From positions 6,528,001 to 6,592,000 of the forward strand of contig CAVTTN010000002.1 of the NCBI GenBank assembly GCA_963737655.1: DNA of 64,000 nucleotides, written 5' to 3'. The translations under genes were made by a program, and so were the position numbers. The DNA comes from an uncultured Planctomycetota bacterium (GTDB taxonomy: Bacteria > Planctomycetota > Planctomycetia > Isosphaerales > Isosphaeraceae). The notes under the pieces were generated by a model. That model was not told the origin of the DNA. It saw nothing but the letters and a program-made list of their open reading frames with translations, and did not search any database. Shown here piece by piece: positions 49,544 through 58,508 of this stretch (position 1 is its first letter; every line of letters starts with the position of its first letter).

Positions 49544-50242
49544 ATGCAGGGAACGATCGCGATGCTGATGGCCCTGGGCGGGCTGGGCTGCCACCACAAG
49601 GCGTGCACCCCGGTCACCTACGAGCCGGCCTGCTACTCGAGCTGCTACAGCGGCAGCGCCTGCTACGGCGGGTCGTGCTATGGCGGCGTGGCGTACGAGA
49701 CGGGCTGCTATAGCTCGGGCTACGGCGGCGCTTGCTACAGCACCAGCTATGGCTCGTGCTACACCGGCGCTTGCTACGGCGGCGCTTGCTACGGCGGCGG
49801 CTGCTACGGCGGGGCCTGCTACGGCGGAGGCGGTGGTGGCTGCGGCCTCTTTGGCCACCGTCGCGGTGGCGGGCTGTTCGGCGGCCTCTGCCACAAGAGG
49901 CAGGCCGTGGCGTGCTGCTCGCTCGGGACGCCGGTGTATGAGTCGTGCTACGGCGCCCCCGTGTTTGGCAGCTACACCCCGGCGTTCGCCACCTCCTACG
50001 CCAGCGGCCAGATGATCTCGCCGTCGTCGCAGGGCGGCTCGATGGCCGCTCCCCAGGGCTCGGGGATGATGATGGGTCCGGCGCCCGCCCCGGCCCCGAC
50101 GCCCGCCCCGGCTCCGACCCCCGCTCCGGAGGTCCCGACCCCGGCGCCCGCCCCGGCCCCCGCTCCGGGCGACACCCCGCCGCCGGCCCCGACCCCGGCG
50201 CCCGCTCCGGCGCCCGCTCCGGGAACGCCCCCGGGCTTCTGA
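49544..50242 (+). CDS. Cys/Tyr/Gly repeat protein with Pro-Ala tail
   Basis: GGAGG RBS, GC-rich codon usage, 12 CY dipeptides, downstream terminator. Confidence 0.8.
   Translation: MQGTIAMLMALGGLGCHHKACTPVTYEPACYSSCYSGSACYGGSCYGGVAYETGCYSSGYGGACYSTSYGSCYTGACYGGACYGGGCYGGACYGGGGGGCGLFGHRRGGGLFGGLCHKRQAVACCSLGTPVYESCYGAPVFGSYTPAFATSYASGQMISPSSQGGSMAAPQGSGMMMGPAPAPAPTPAPAPTPAPEVPTPAPAPAPAPGDTPPPAPTPAPAPAPAPGTPPGF
49769..49828 (+). repeat. 4 x 15-bp imperfect tandem repeat encoding xCYGG
   Basis: gcttgctacggcggc gcttgctacggcggc ggctgctacggcggg gcctgctacggcgga. Confidence 0.9.
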
Positions 50243-50266
50243 GCTCGCGGTAATCGGCTCTCTTCG

Positions 50267-50318
50267 CGGCCCGTCGCGCCTCGCTTGACCCCGAGGCGCG
50301 GCGGGCCGTTTCTCGTTT
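50267..50318 (+). terminator. Rho-independent terminator
   Basis: CGGCCCGTCGCGCCTCG-N8-CGAGGCGCGGCGGGCCG followed by TTTCTCGTTT. Confidence 0.75.
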
Positions 50319-50436
50319 CCCGGATCAGGTCTGTGGTTTCTCTCTGCGACCGAGGGCCCGTCTCGCCTTCCGGCACGGAGCGGGTTGATTTATAATCCCG
50401 CCGACGTCCACCCCGCCTCAGGAGGAGACCCCCGCG

Positions 50437-51315
50437 ATGGATGCGCTCGCTCACTCGATCGAATCGGCCCCGATGTACTCGGACATGGACCCCTCGAACC
50501 TCCCGGCCGACGAGACCGAACGGCGGGAATTCCTCCTTCGCCTCCTGGGCGAGCCTCTTTGCCGGAAGCTGGGAATCTACCGAGTGCCCGACGACCTCAC
50601 GCTCTCCGTCGTGATCCCGGTGTATAACGAGGTCCACACCCTGGCCGAGATCCTCCGCCAGGTCCGAGCCGTCCCGATCAACAAGCAGATCATCCTCGTC
50701 GATGATTGCTCCAGGGACGGCACCACCGACCTCCTCCGCCAGTGGGAGAAGACCGAGACCGACCTGACCATCGCCTTCCACCCCAAGAATCGAGGCAAGG
50801 GGGCCGCCCTGAGGACCGGATTCGCCCTCGCCCGGGGGCAGATCGTGATCGTCCAGGACGCGGACCTCGAATACGACCCGTCGGAATACCCCGGGCTGAT
50901 CCAGCCGATCCTGGAAGGCAAGGCGGACGTCGTCTACGGCTCGCGGTTCATCGGCGAGAAGCACCGGGTCCTGTTCTACTGGCACAGCCTGGCGAACAAG
51001 TTCCTGACGCACCTCTCGAACATGTTCACCAACCTGAACCTCACGGACATGGAGGTCTGCTACAAGGTCTTCCGCCGCGAGGTCATCCAGGGGATCACGC
51101 TCAAGAGCAACCGATTCGGGTTCGAGCCCGAGGTCACGGCCAAGATGGCCAGGTTCCACCTCCCCGAGACCGACGGCCGACCGGCGAGGCGCTGCCGGGT
51201 CTACGAGATGCCGGTCAGCTACAACGGCCGGGACTACAAGGAAGGCAAGAAGATCGGCTGGAAGGACGGAGTCCAGGCGCTTTACTGCATCGTCCGGTAC
51301 GCCCTGGCGGACTGA
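50437..51315 (+). CDS. GT2 polyprenol-phosphate glycosyltransferase-like protein
   Basis: [46 protein letters not shown]. Confidence 0.92.
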   Translation: MDALAHSIESAPMYSDMDPSNLPADETERREFLLRLLGEPLCRKLGIYRVPDDLTLSVVIPVYNEVHTLAEILRQVRAVPINKQIILVDDCSRDGTTDLLRQWEKTETDLTIAFHPKNRGKGAALRTGFALARGQIVIVQDADLEYDPSEYPGLIQPILEGKADVVYGSRFIGEKHRVLFYWHSLANKFLTHLSNMFTNLNLTDMEVCYKVFRREVIQGITLKSNRFGFEPEVTAKMARFHLPETDGRPARRCRVYEMPVSYNGRDYKEGKKIGWKDGVQALYCIVRYALAD

Positions 51316-51365
51316 GACACGAAGGGCGCGGCCGGGAGACCCTCCTCAACGAAGGCAGGCCCCTC

Positions 51366-52640
51366 ATGCGCCCCGAGTTCCTCGCGTGCCTCGTCGGTGC
51401 GGCCCTGGCGACGGTCCCCGGCGACGATCCGCCGAAGCCGAGCGGGCTTCCGAAGGTGGAGCTCGGCGATTCCGTCGGGCGGGTCACGAAAGTCGATGCG
51501 GAGAAGGGCGTGATCCTCATGGACTTCGGCCGCTCCAAGGGCGCCGAGGTTGGCATGAGGCTCCGCATCTCGCGGACCCGTCCCGAACTGCCGATGGATG
51601 ACTTCGAACGGTGGGTCAGCCTTGGCCTCGTCGATGTGATTGCCGTCGAAGACGGCCAATGCACGGCCCGGCGGGCCTCCGCGGAGGAAGACGAACAGTT
51701 GAGGGGGCTGGGGCAGCCACCTCGGGAGATCCGGCCTGGGGACGAGGTCGATAGTGCGACGGATGTCGAGTCCTTCCGGCTTTACAAGCTGGCCATCGGC
51801 GACGATCCCGGAGCGGTCCGCAAGCTGGCCGAGGCTCGGCTCCCCCTGGCCCGCTCTCGATTGACGGTCGTTCGGGCCGAGTACGAACTCGGAGTCCTGA
51901 CGATCGATCGGTACCTCGACGCCCATCGGGCGCTGATGGAAGCCGAACGCGATGCGGCGAGCTCACCGGAAGAGGAGGTCGCGGCCCTCCGTCGCTACGT
52001 GGAGGCCCTGACCCGACTGGTCTCGCGGGAGACGGTCATGCACCAGCAGGCGGGCATTGGGGCGCTCGCGAACCTCTCCGATGCCCGACTGGCGCAGCTG
52101 GAAGCCGCGCTCCTCCTGGCCGAGGCCCGACGTCGGGTCGAAGGAGAGAAAGGCCGAGCCGGGAAGGGGCCTGCCGATGCCCCGGCCGGTCCGAAGCCCG
52201 GAAGCCCTGCTCCGCCGCCCCCGCCCGTGAGGGAGGCCGACGCCGGTCCGATCGAGGATCAGCCGTTCTTGATCCTGGAGATCGCCCGGGAAGGCCAGCC
52301 CGACGCGGTGCGTGTGCTCGCCAGGGCGAGGGTCAAGGTCGCCCGCGACCATCTCAAGACGGCCACCGGACTCTATTCCCAGGCATCGCTCGGCTTCGAT
52401 TCCTGGCTCGCCGCCTCAAGACGCTTGATGGATGCCGAATGCGAAGCCTCGACCGACCGGATAGGTGAGTTGGATGCCATCCGAGGTCATATCGTTCGAT
52501 TGTCGCAATTCATCCCGAATCGATTGTGTCGAGGAATGTTGTGCGACTCCTTCCTAGCCTTCGAAGTCGCCGAGGCCCGAAGCGAACAGGCCGCCGCCGC
52601 ATGGAGGCTCGCGAAGGCGAGGCGTCGAGACGCGCCCTGA
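51366..52640 (+). CDS. Secreted hypothetical protein with a duplicated helical module
   Basis: Signal peptide, small beta-rich domain, two similar helical repeats. Confidence 0.65.
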   Translation: MRPEFLACLVGAALATVPGDDPPKPSGLPKVELGDSVGRVTKVDAEKGVILMDFGRSKGAEVGMRLRISRTRPELPMDDFERWVSLGLVDVIAVEDGQCTARRASAEEDEQLRGLGQPPREIRPGDEVDSATDVESFRLYKLAIGDDPGAVRKLAEARLPLARSRLTVVRAEYELGVLTIDRYLDAHRALMEAERDAASSPEEEVAALRRYVEALTRLVSRETVMHQQAGIGALANLSDARLAQLEAALLLAEARRRVEGEKGRAGKGPADAPAGPKPGSPAPPPPPVREADAGPIEDQPFLILEIAREGQPDAVRVLARARVKVARDHLKTATGLYSQASLGFDSWLAASRRLMDAECEASTDRIGELDAIRGHIVRLSQFIPNRLCRGMLCDSFLAFEVAEARSEQAAAAWRLAKARRRDAP

Positions 52641-52718
52641 GGCCCTTGCCCGGCCAATTCCGCCGTTCGGCATCGACACGACTCGGTGGAATGCTTTCGA
52701 GCCTAGAGTTCGTCCTCC

Positions 52719-52835
52719 GGGTGGCCCCGGTTCTCGAACCGGGGCGGCCGAGCCGCAAGAGGCCGGGATGATCACGCCCAATCGGTCCGAGCCTCTCGTG
52801 CCTTCGGCACCCCGGTTCAAGAACCGGGGCCACCC
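52719..52835. repeat. Inverted pair of REP-like palindromic elements
   Basis: GGGTGGCCCCGGTTCTYGAACCGGGG at 52719 (+) and ending at 52835 (-). Confidence 0.8.
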
Positions 52836-53023
52836 CGAGATTCTCCCTCGGCCTTTGAGCTTCAACTTCGAGAGCGACACCTCACACGGGACAAGCTGGG
52901 GCCCGCTCATGCCCTCGGAGAGCGGGTCATCGCTTCCACCAGCGACCCGACCGACCTGGACCGCGACCCGAGCCCGGTAGTCGGGTCGAGGTGCGTTCCC
53001 GGGCCTTCCCTGATCGGCACGCC

Positions 53024-53506
53024 CTAAATCTCCCGGACCTCCATCGGTCTGCCGAGATCACCATCGGCCAGAGCGAGGGCGATGACGGTCCGATGGCACT
53101 TCGCGGGGTCGTCGCAGGCGCAGAGCAGGGCCACCCGCTGGTCGGCCCTCGACACGATCCCGGCGAGCCGATCCAAGCCTCGGTGGACCGGCCATCCGCC
53201 TTCGGCGTCGGCCAGGTGCGATCGGAGGATGGTCATCTCCGGGTCCTGCCTCTGGGGGTTACCCAGCTCGGCGATCCATTCATAGGCGATCCCGGCGTCG
53301 TTGAGGAGGCCGACGATCCCGTTTCGCCCTTCCTGGAGGTTCCACGGTTTCGGACCGTATGGACGGCCGGGGGTGGGGTCGGAGGCGCACGGGTTCAACC
53401 GGGTGTCCACGACCCTGGTGATCCCGTTCGCCTTCAGTGCCGCCACGAGCCGTTCGGCCCGGCTCTTGACTGGCCACTTGCCGTAGCCGACCGTCCAGAT
53501 CGTCAC
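53024..53506 (-). CDS. DUF488 family protein
   Basis: TIWTVGYG, VVDTR, ELGNP, LLCAC...CHR; GTG overlaps the upstream TGA. Confidence 0.8.
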   Translation of the reverse strand: MTIWTVGYGKWPVKSRAERLVAALKANGITRVVDTRLNPCASDPTPGRPYGPKPWNLQEGRNGIVGLLNDAGIAYEWIAELGNPQRQDPEMTILRSHLADAEGGWPVHRGLDRLAGIVSRADQRVALLCACDDPAKCHRTVIALALADGDLGRPMEVREI

Positions 53507-54325
53507 CGGGCCCTCTCGGGTCGATACATCCAGGACGTCCCCCAGACCTGCGCCGTCTCCTTCATGAAGAGGAGGCAGTCGAGCCTCGGCGCGGAGGCCG
53601 TAGGTCTCGACGAGGTAGTCGATCAGGGGGAATTCGTAGCGCGCCTGGTGGCAGAAGTACATGTCCCACGGCGGGTAATCGATCTTCTGGAACGAGAGCA
53701 TGCCGCGGTCGTAGTTGTAGCCGCAACTGCCGTCGAGGTCGAAGACGAATTCCTTGGCTTCGGTCACGTCGGCGAAGATCGTCGTGGGCGGCTTCTCCTT
53801 CGTCACGCTGGCCATCTCGGCCGAGAGCATCCCCCGGCAAAGAGGGTCGTCGGCGCGGCATTCCAGGCTGTAGACCTTGCCGTTGTCGATCCGGGTGAAC
53901 TCCGAAACCTGCTTGCGGAAGTGCGAGAACCTCCGGCCGAAGAAGCCGAGGAACTTCGAGGAGGAGTCCGACCTCAGCGTGTAATAGGCCCGGTACTCCT
54001 GGCCGGCCTTGCGGATCTTCGCGCTGATCCGGCAGAGCATGTCGTTGTTGCGGACCGGGGGGATGGGCACCCAGCCCATCCGGCTGACCCAGAAGTCGCA
54101 GGCGCACATGCTGAGCATGCCCAGGCCGGTCGAGCCAATCTCGTCGGGTTCGATCGGCTCGGGTAAGATCCGCCGCAAGTCTTCCAGAGGGACGCGGAAA
54201 TTCACGGTGAACCGCTTGTTCGTGAAGGAATGGACACGGACCGGCTGGTGATAGACCCGGCCCATCCTTTGATGGAGGGTGCGCAGGTCCATCGGGGCGG
54301 CCGGGATGTGAAGGGCGGTGGCCAT
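53503..54325 (-). CDS. DUF2071/YqjF-like protein, frameshifted near 53585
   Basis: VNFRVP..LRRILP; removing one G gives ...ELDCLLFMKETAQVWGTSWMYRPERAR*. Confidence 0.65.
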
Positions 54326-54460
54326 CGGCGTTCCTCCCGTCTCTCGAATCCGATCGGGCGAGCCCGAGCAAATCGTCCCGGGCTATCGGCGACTCTATCG
54401 GTGCCGGAGCCACCGGGCAACGGTCCGTTCCGAGCACGACCCGTCCGCCCTCCCGGCGAA

Positions 54461-54484
54461 AATGTCGATCAACATGATCGAAAT
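54461..54484. promoter_or_regulatory. Candidate Rrf2 operator 1
   Basis: AATGTCGATCAACATGATCGAAAT. Confidence 0.5.
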
Positions 54485-54552
54485 AGGCGTGGGTCTCCCC
54501 TTTTCGGACGATTTTGCCGATCATGGACGGGACGCGGCTTCCTCTCCGATTC

Positions 54553-54576
54553 AATCTTGACTTGTATGGTCGAAAT
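54553..54576. promoter_or_regulatory. Candidate Rrf2 operator 2, overlapping a TTGACT -35
   Basis: AATCTTGACTTGTATGGTCGAAAT. Confidence 0.55.
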
Positions 54577-54612
54577 GGAGAAGATTCGTCCATTCGACCG
54601 GGAACGGTGCCG

Positions 54613-55062
54613 ATGAGTGTGTCGTCGAAGTGTTATTACGCGATCCGGGCGGTCTATGCCCTGGCCGAGCGGGGCGGGACGGAGCCGATGAAGATCGCCG
54701 ACATCGCCGAGAGGGAGAAGATCCCGATCCGGTTCCTCGAAGTGATCCTCGGGCAGTTGAAGGGGGGCGGGTTCGTCCAGAGCCGCCGGGGGGCGGAGGG
54801 CGGATACCGCCTGGCGCGCCCGCCCGACGCCATCACCGTCGGCGAGATCATGAGGTACGTCGATGGCCCGATCGCCCCGGTCGATTGCGTGAGCCAGTCC
54901 CGGCCGAAGGAATGCGAATTCCACGGTCATTGCCATTTCTTCGGGTTCTGGGGACGGGTCCGGCAGGCGATCTCCGACGTGGTCGATCGGACCACGTTCG
55001 CCGACCTTCTCCAGGAGAACCAGGATCGTCAGGTGTCGTTCGTGAACGAGTGGTCGATCTAG
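54613..55062 (+). CDS. Rrf2 family regulator (CymR/IscR-like)
   Basis: YAIRA, FLEVIL, SRRGAEGGYRL, three C-terminal Cys. Confidence 0.92.
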   Translation: MSVSSKCYYAIRAVYALAERGGTEPMKIADIAEREKIPIRFLEVILGQLKGGGFVQSRRGAEGGYRLARPPDAITVGEIMRYVDGPIAPVDCVSQSRPKECEFHGHCHFFGFWGRVRQAISDVVDRTTFADLLQENQDRQVSFVNEWSI

Positions 55063-55077
55063 GGAGGGAGGCCCGAG

Positions 55078-56093
55078 GTGTCCCGGACCGCCATCGCCGC
55101 CGGCATTCTGGTCGTCGCCAGCCTCGGGTTGAAGTGCGTCCCTCTGCACCGGGCCGAGGATGAGGACGTGGTGACGATCGGCGCCTATTCGGTCGTCCGC
55201 GAGGCGCTGCACGACGGGGTCATGCCCGCCTTCGCCGCGAAATGGCGGAGCGAGACCGGCCGATCGGTCCGGTTCGAGGAGTCGTACAACAGCTCGGCGC
55301 GCAGGCCCGAGCGATCGCCTCGGGGTTCGATGCGGACCTCGCGATCCTCTCGCTGGAAGGGGACATCGACCTGCTCGTGAAGGCGGGAGTCGTTTCGAAG
55401 GATTGGCGGAAGGCGCCGAACGGGGGGATGATCACCCGGAGCCTCGTGGTCATCGGCGTGAGGCCGAGCAATCCGAAGGGGATCGCCGACTGGCCCGACC
55501 TCGCCCGGCCTGGAGTGGGCGTCCTCTACCCCGACCCCAAGACCTCCGGCGGGGCCCGGTGGAACGTCAACGCGATCTACGGCTCGGCCCTGCTGAAGAA
55601 GGGGCCGAGGGCGGCTCGCGAGCTCCTCGGACGAGTCCAGGAGAACGTGATGAACATGGACTCCTCCGGCCGCCAGAGCATGGCCACGTTCGGCCGGGGG
55701 ACCGGGGATGTGGCGGTGACGTATGAGAATGAATTGCTCTTGCAAGCGAAGATGACGGGCCGGGAGGCGCCTTATGTGATCCCACCGGCGACCCTGTTGA
55801 TCGAGGGCCCGGCGGCGATCGTGGATTCGTCGGTGGCGAGGCATGGCAATCGAGCCGTCACGGAGGCGTTCCTGGCGTTCCTCCGGTCGGACGAAGCGCA
55901 GGGCATCCTGAGCGACTACGGGTTCCGGCCCCTCGATCCGCACTCGACGCCCGAACCGTCGGGCCGCAAGCCGTTGCCGCCGAAGCTGTTCACGATGAAG
56001 GACCTCGGCGGCTGGGCGAAGGTCAAGAAGGACGTGTACGACCCGGGCGGCGTCTGGGATTCGCTGTTCGTGAAGCCTCAGGGAGGGAAGTGA
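55078..56093 (+). CDS. sbp: Sulfate/thiosulfate-binding protein, frameshifted near 55296
   Basis: S[G]AQARAI, NPKGIADWPDL, PKTSGGARWN, YENE, LGGW. Confidence 0.9.
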
Positions 56094-56929
56094 CGATGTC
56101 CTCGGTCGCCTCAGCCCCGAGACGGACCGCCTCGCCCGCGGGGCTGGCGATCCGGGGGGCCACCCTCGCGTATCTCGGGCTGATGGTCGCGCTGCCCCTG
56201 GCGGTCCTGGCGTGGCGATCGGCCGTGCCGGGTGCCTCGGCGTTCCTCAAGGCGCTTTCCAGCCCGATCGCCGTCCATGCGCTCTGGCTGACGTTCGTCA
56301 CGGCCGCGGTCATGGTCGCGATCAACGTCGTGATGGGGACCGCCACGGCCTGGGTCCTGGTCCGCTATCAGTTCCCGGGAAAAGGGTTCGTCAATGCGAT
56401 GATCGACCTGCCGTTCGCCGTGCCGACCGTCGTCACCGGCGTGATGCTCGTGGCGCTCTACGGGCCGTCGAGCGCCCTCGGGGCGGCGATGGGGCGGTAC
56501 GGGCTCGCGGTGATCTATCGCCAGCCGGGGATCGTCCTGGCCCTCCTGTTCGTGAGCTACCCGTTCGTGGTCCGGGCGGTCCAGCCGGTGCTGCTGGAGA
56601 TGGACCTGGCCGAGGAGGAGGCGGCGGCGACCCTGGGGGCCTCGGGGTGGACCACGTTCCGGAGGGTCACGCTGCCCACCTTGAGGCCGGCGATCCTGAC
56701 CGGGGCGGCCCTCTCGTTCAGCCGGGCCCTCGGGGAATTCGGCAGCGTGGTGATGGTCGCCGGCAACCGGCCGATGGCCACGAAGACGGCCCCGATGTAC
56801 ATCTTCGGCGAGATCGAGAGCGGTCGGACGTATGAGGCGACCGTGGTTTCGACGGTCCTCCTGGCCTGCTCTCTCGGGATCCTGGTCGGGATGAACCTCC
56901 TCCAACGGCGAAGGGAGCCGGGGCGATGA
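56090..56929 (+). CDS. cysT: Sulfate ABC transporter permease CysT
   Basis: AWVLVRYQFPGK, DLPFAVPTVV, PFVVRAVQPVL, EEAAATLGA. Confidence 0.95.
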   Translation: MTMSSVASAPRRTASPAGLAIRGATLAYLGLMVALPLAVLAWRSAVPGASAFLKALSSPIAVHALWLTFVTAAVMVAINVVMGTATAWVLVRYQFPGKGFVNAMIDLPFAVPTVVTGVMLVALYGPSSALGAAMGRYGLAVIYRQPGIVLALLFVSYPFVVRAVQPVLLEMDLAEEEAAATLGASGWTTFRRVTLPTLRPAILTGAALSFSRALGEFGSVVMVAGNRPMATKTAPMYIFGEIESGRTYEATVVSTVLLACSLGILVGMNLLQRRREPGR

Positions 56930-57591
56930 GCGAAGGATCGCGGGCCGATGACCCGGGGAGGGGGAGGGCGCTGCGGATCACCGACGCCCTGATCCTGGTG
57001 GCGGCCCTGGGCGTGGGCCTGGCCTGGTCGGCGAACGTCCTCCGGCAGGGGCACCTGGACCCGGACACCTCGGGTTGGGGCTCGCAACGCTATGAATCCT
57101 GGAAGAGCTTCCGGTACGTCGCCTCCGGGCCGGTTCTGGCCGGGCTCTCGCTCGGGGCCCTGGCCCTCCGGCTGAGGCGTCCCCGTCCCGGGCTCGTCGC
57201 GATCGCCCGGCAACCGGGGTTCTGGGCCGGGGTTGCCCCGTGGTTGGTCCTCGTCGCGGCCTATTCGGTCGGGTTCGAGCGCCCTCAGGGTCCCAATCGC
57301 TATGTCCCCTCGGTCGCCCCGGGCGACGTGTCTCGTCACCTGATTGGCCGCTTCTCGCACCCGTTCGATTTCGCCAATTTCGACCCGAACGGGGACTCGG
57401 TCTGCGGCGGGGAGGCGCTCTGCGCGGCCTCCTGGCTGGCCCCGACGGGCCTGGCCGTCCTGACGGCCTGGGTGGCCCTCTGCGGGCTGGGCCTGGCCCG
57501 GCCGGAGAAGGGGGCGATCGACCGGCTCGGCCGGGTCGCGGGGATCCTCTGGATCGCCTTCTATCTCCGGGTCGTCTTCGCCAATTTCTAG
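56926..57591 (+). CDS. Hypothetical membrane protein inserted in the cys operon
   Basis: ATGA overlap with the cysT stop; about 4-5 hydrophobic segments; no EAA motif. Confidence 0.7.
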   Translation: MSEGSRADDPGRGRALRITDALILVAALGVGLAWSANVLRQGHLDPDTSGWGSQRYESWKSFRYVASGPVLAGLSLGALALRLRRPRPGLVAIARQPGFWAGVAPWLVLVAAYSVGFERPQGPNRYVPSVAPGDVSRHLIGRFSHPFDFANFDPNGDSVCGGEALCAASWLAPTGLAVLTAWVALCGLGLARPEKGAIDRLGRVAGILWIAFYLRVVFANF

Positions 57592-57600
57592 GAGGGTCCG

Positions 57601-58473
57601 ATGTCCGTCGCCCTCTCGCCGACCGAGCCGGCCCGACCTCGACTGAACGCTCGGCCCCTCCGCGGCCGGATCGCCCGGGGGTTGCTGATCGGGGTGGTCC
57701 TGGGCTGGTTCGCCTTGCTGATCCTGGTGCCGACGGCCGCCCTGGTCCGCAAGGCCCTGGCCGGCGGGTTCGCCCCGTTCTGGGAGGCCCTCTCGTCGCC
57801 GGAGGCCCGCCGGGCGATCGGCCTGACGCTGTGGATCACCGCGATCGCCACGGTGATCAACACGGTCTTCGGGCTGGCGTTCGCGATGGTCCTCGTCCGC
57901 CACCGGTTCCCGGGCAAGGCGCTGGCCGATGGGATGGTGGACCTGCCGTTCGCCGTGTCTCCCGTGATCGCCGGGTTGATGCTGATCGTCCTGTACGGGC
58001 CGACCGGCCTGTTCGGGCCGGCGATCGAGAGGGCGGGCTTCCGGGTGGTCTATGCCCTGCCCGGGATGGTCCTGGCCAGCCTGTTCGTGACCCTCCCGTT
58101 CGTCGTCCGCGAGGTCGTCCCGGTCCTCCGCGAGTTCGGCGTCGATCAGGAAGAGGTCGCTTATACCCTCGGCGCCGGCCGGTGGACGACGTTCTGGAGG
58201 GTCACCCTCCCCTCGATCCGCTGGGGGCTGGCCTACGGGGTGGCGCTCACGATCGCCCGCTCGCTCGGCGAGTTCGGGGCGCTGCTCGTGGTCTCCGGGA
58301 ACATCCTGGGCCGGACCCAGACGGCCACCCTGTACGTCCACGACCAGATCGAGAGCTTCCGGCCCGAGGGGGCCTATGCGGCGAGCGTGGTTTTGGCCGG
58401 GACGTCGTTCGTCCTGCTGGTGGGGATGGAGGCGGTCCGCAAGCGGGTGGCGGCCCGAGAGGGCAAGGCGTAA
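57601..58473 (+). CDS. cysW: Sulfate ABC transporter permease CysW
   Basis: [35 protein letters not shown]. Confidence 0.95.
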   Translation: MSVALSPTEPARPRLNARPLRGRIARGLLIGVVLGWFALLILVPTAALVRKALAGGFAPFWEALSSPEARRAIGLTLWITAIATVINTVFGLAFAMVLVRHRFPGKALADGMVDLPFAVSPVIAGLMLIVLYGPTGLFGPAIERAGFRVVYALPGMVLASLFVTLPFVVREVVPVLREFGVDQEEVAYTLGAGRWTTFWRVTLPSIRWGLAYGVALTIARSLGEFGALLVVSGNILGRTQTATLYVHDQIESFRPEGAYAASVVLAGTSFVLLVGMEAVRKRVAAREGKA

Positions 58474-58508
58474 AGGCGGCCCTTCCGGCCCCGGACAGGA
58501 GATCCCTC

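Noticed and set aside
50075..50235. Pro-Ala-coding repeats, and the nearby CYGG repeats, as a CRISPR-like array
   Set aside because: Codon-phased coding repeats with no unique spacers and no cas genes.
53024..54325. Apparent DUF2071-DUF488 fusion of 433 aa
   Set aside because: Removing one G near 53585 gives two genes with a normal GTGA overlap.
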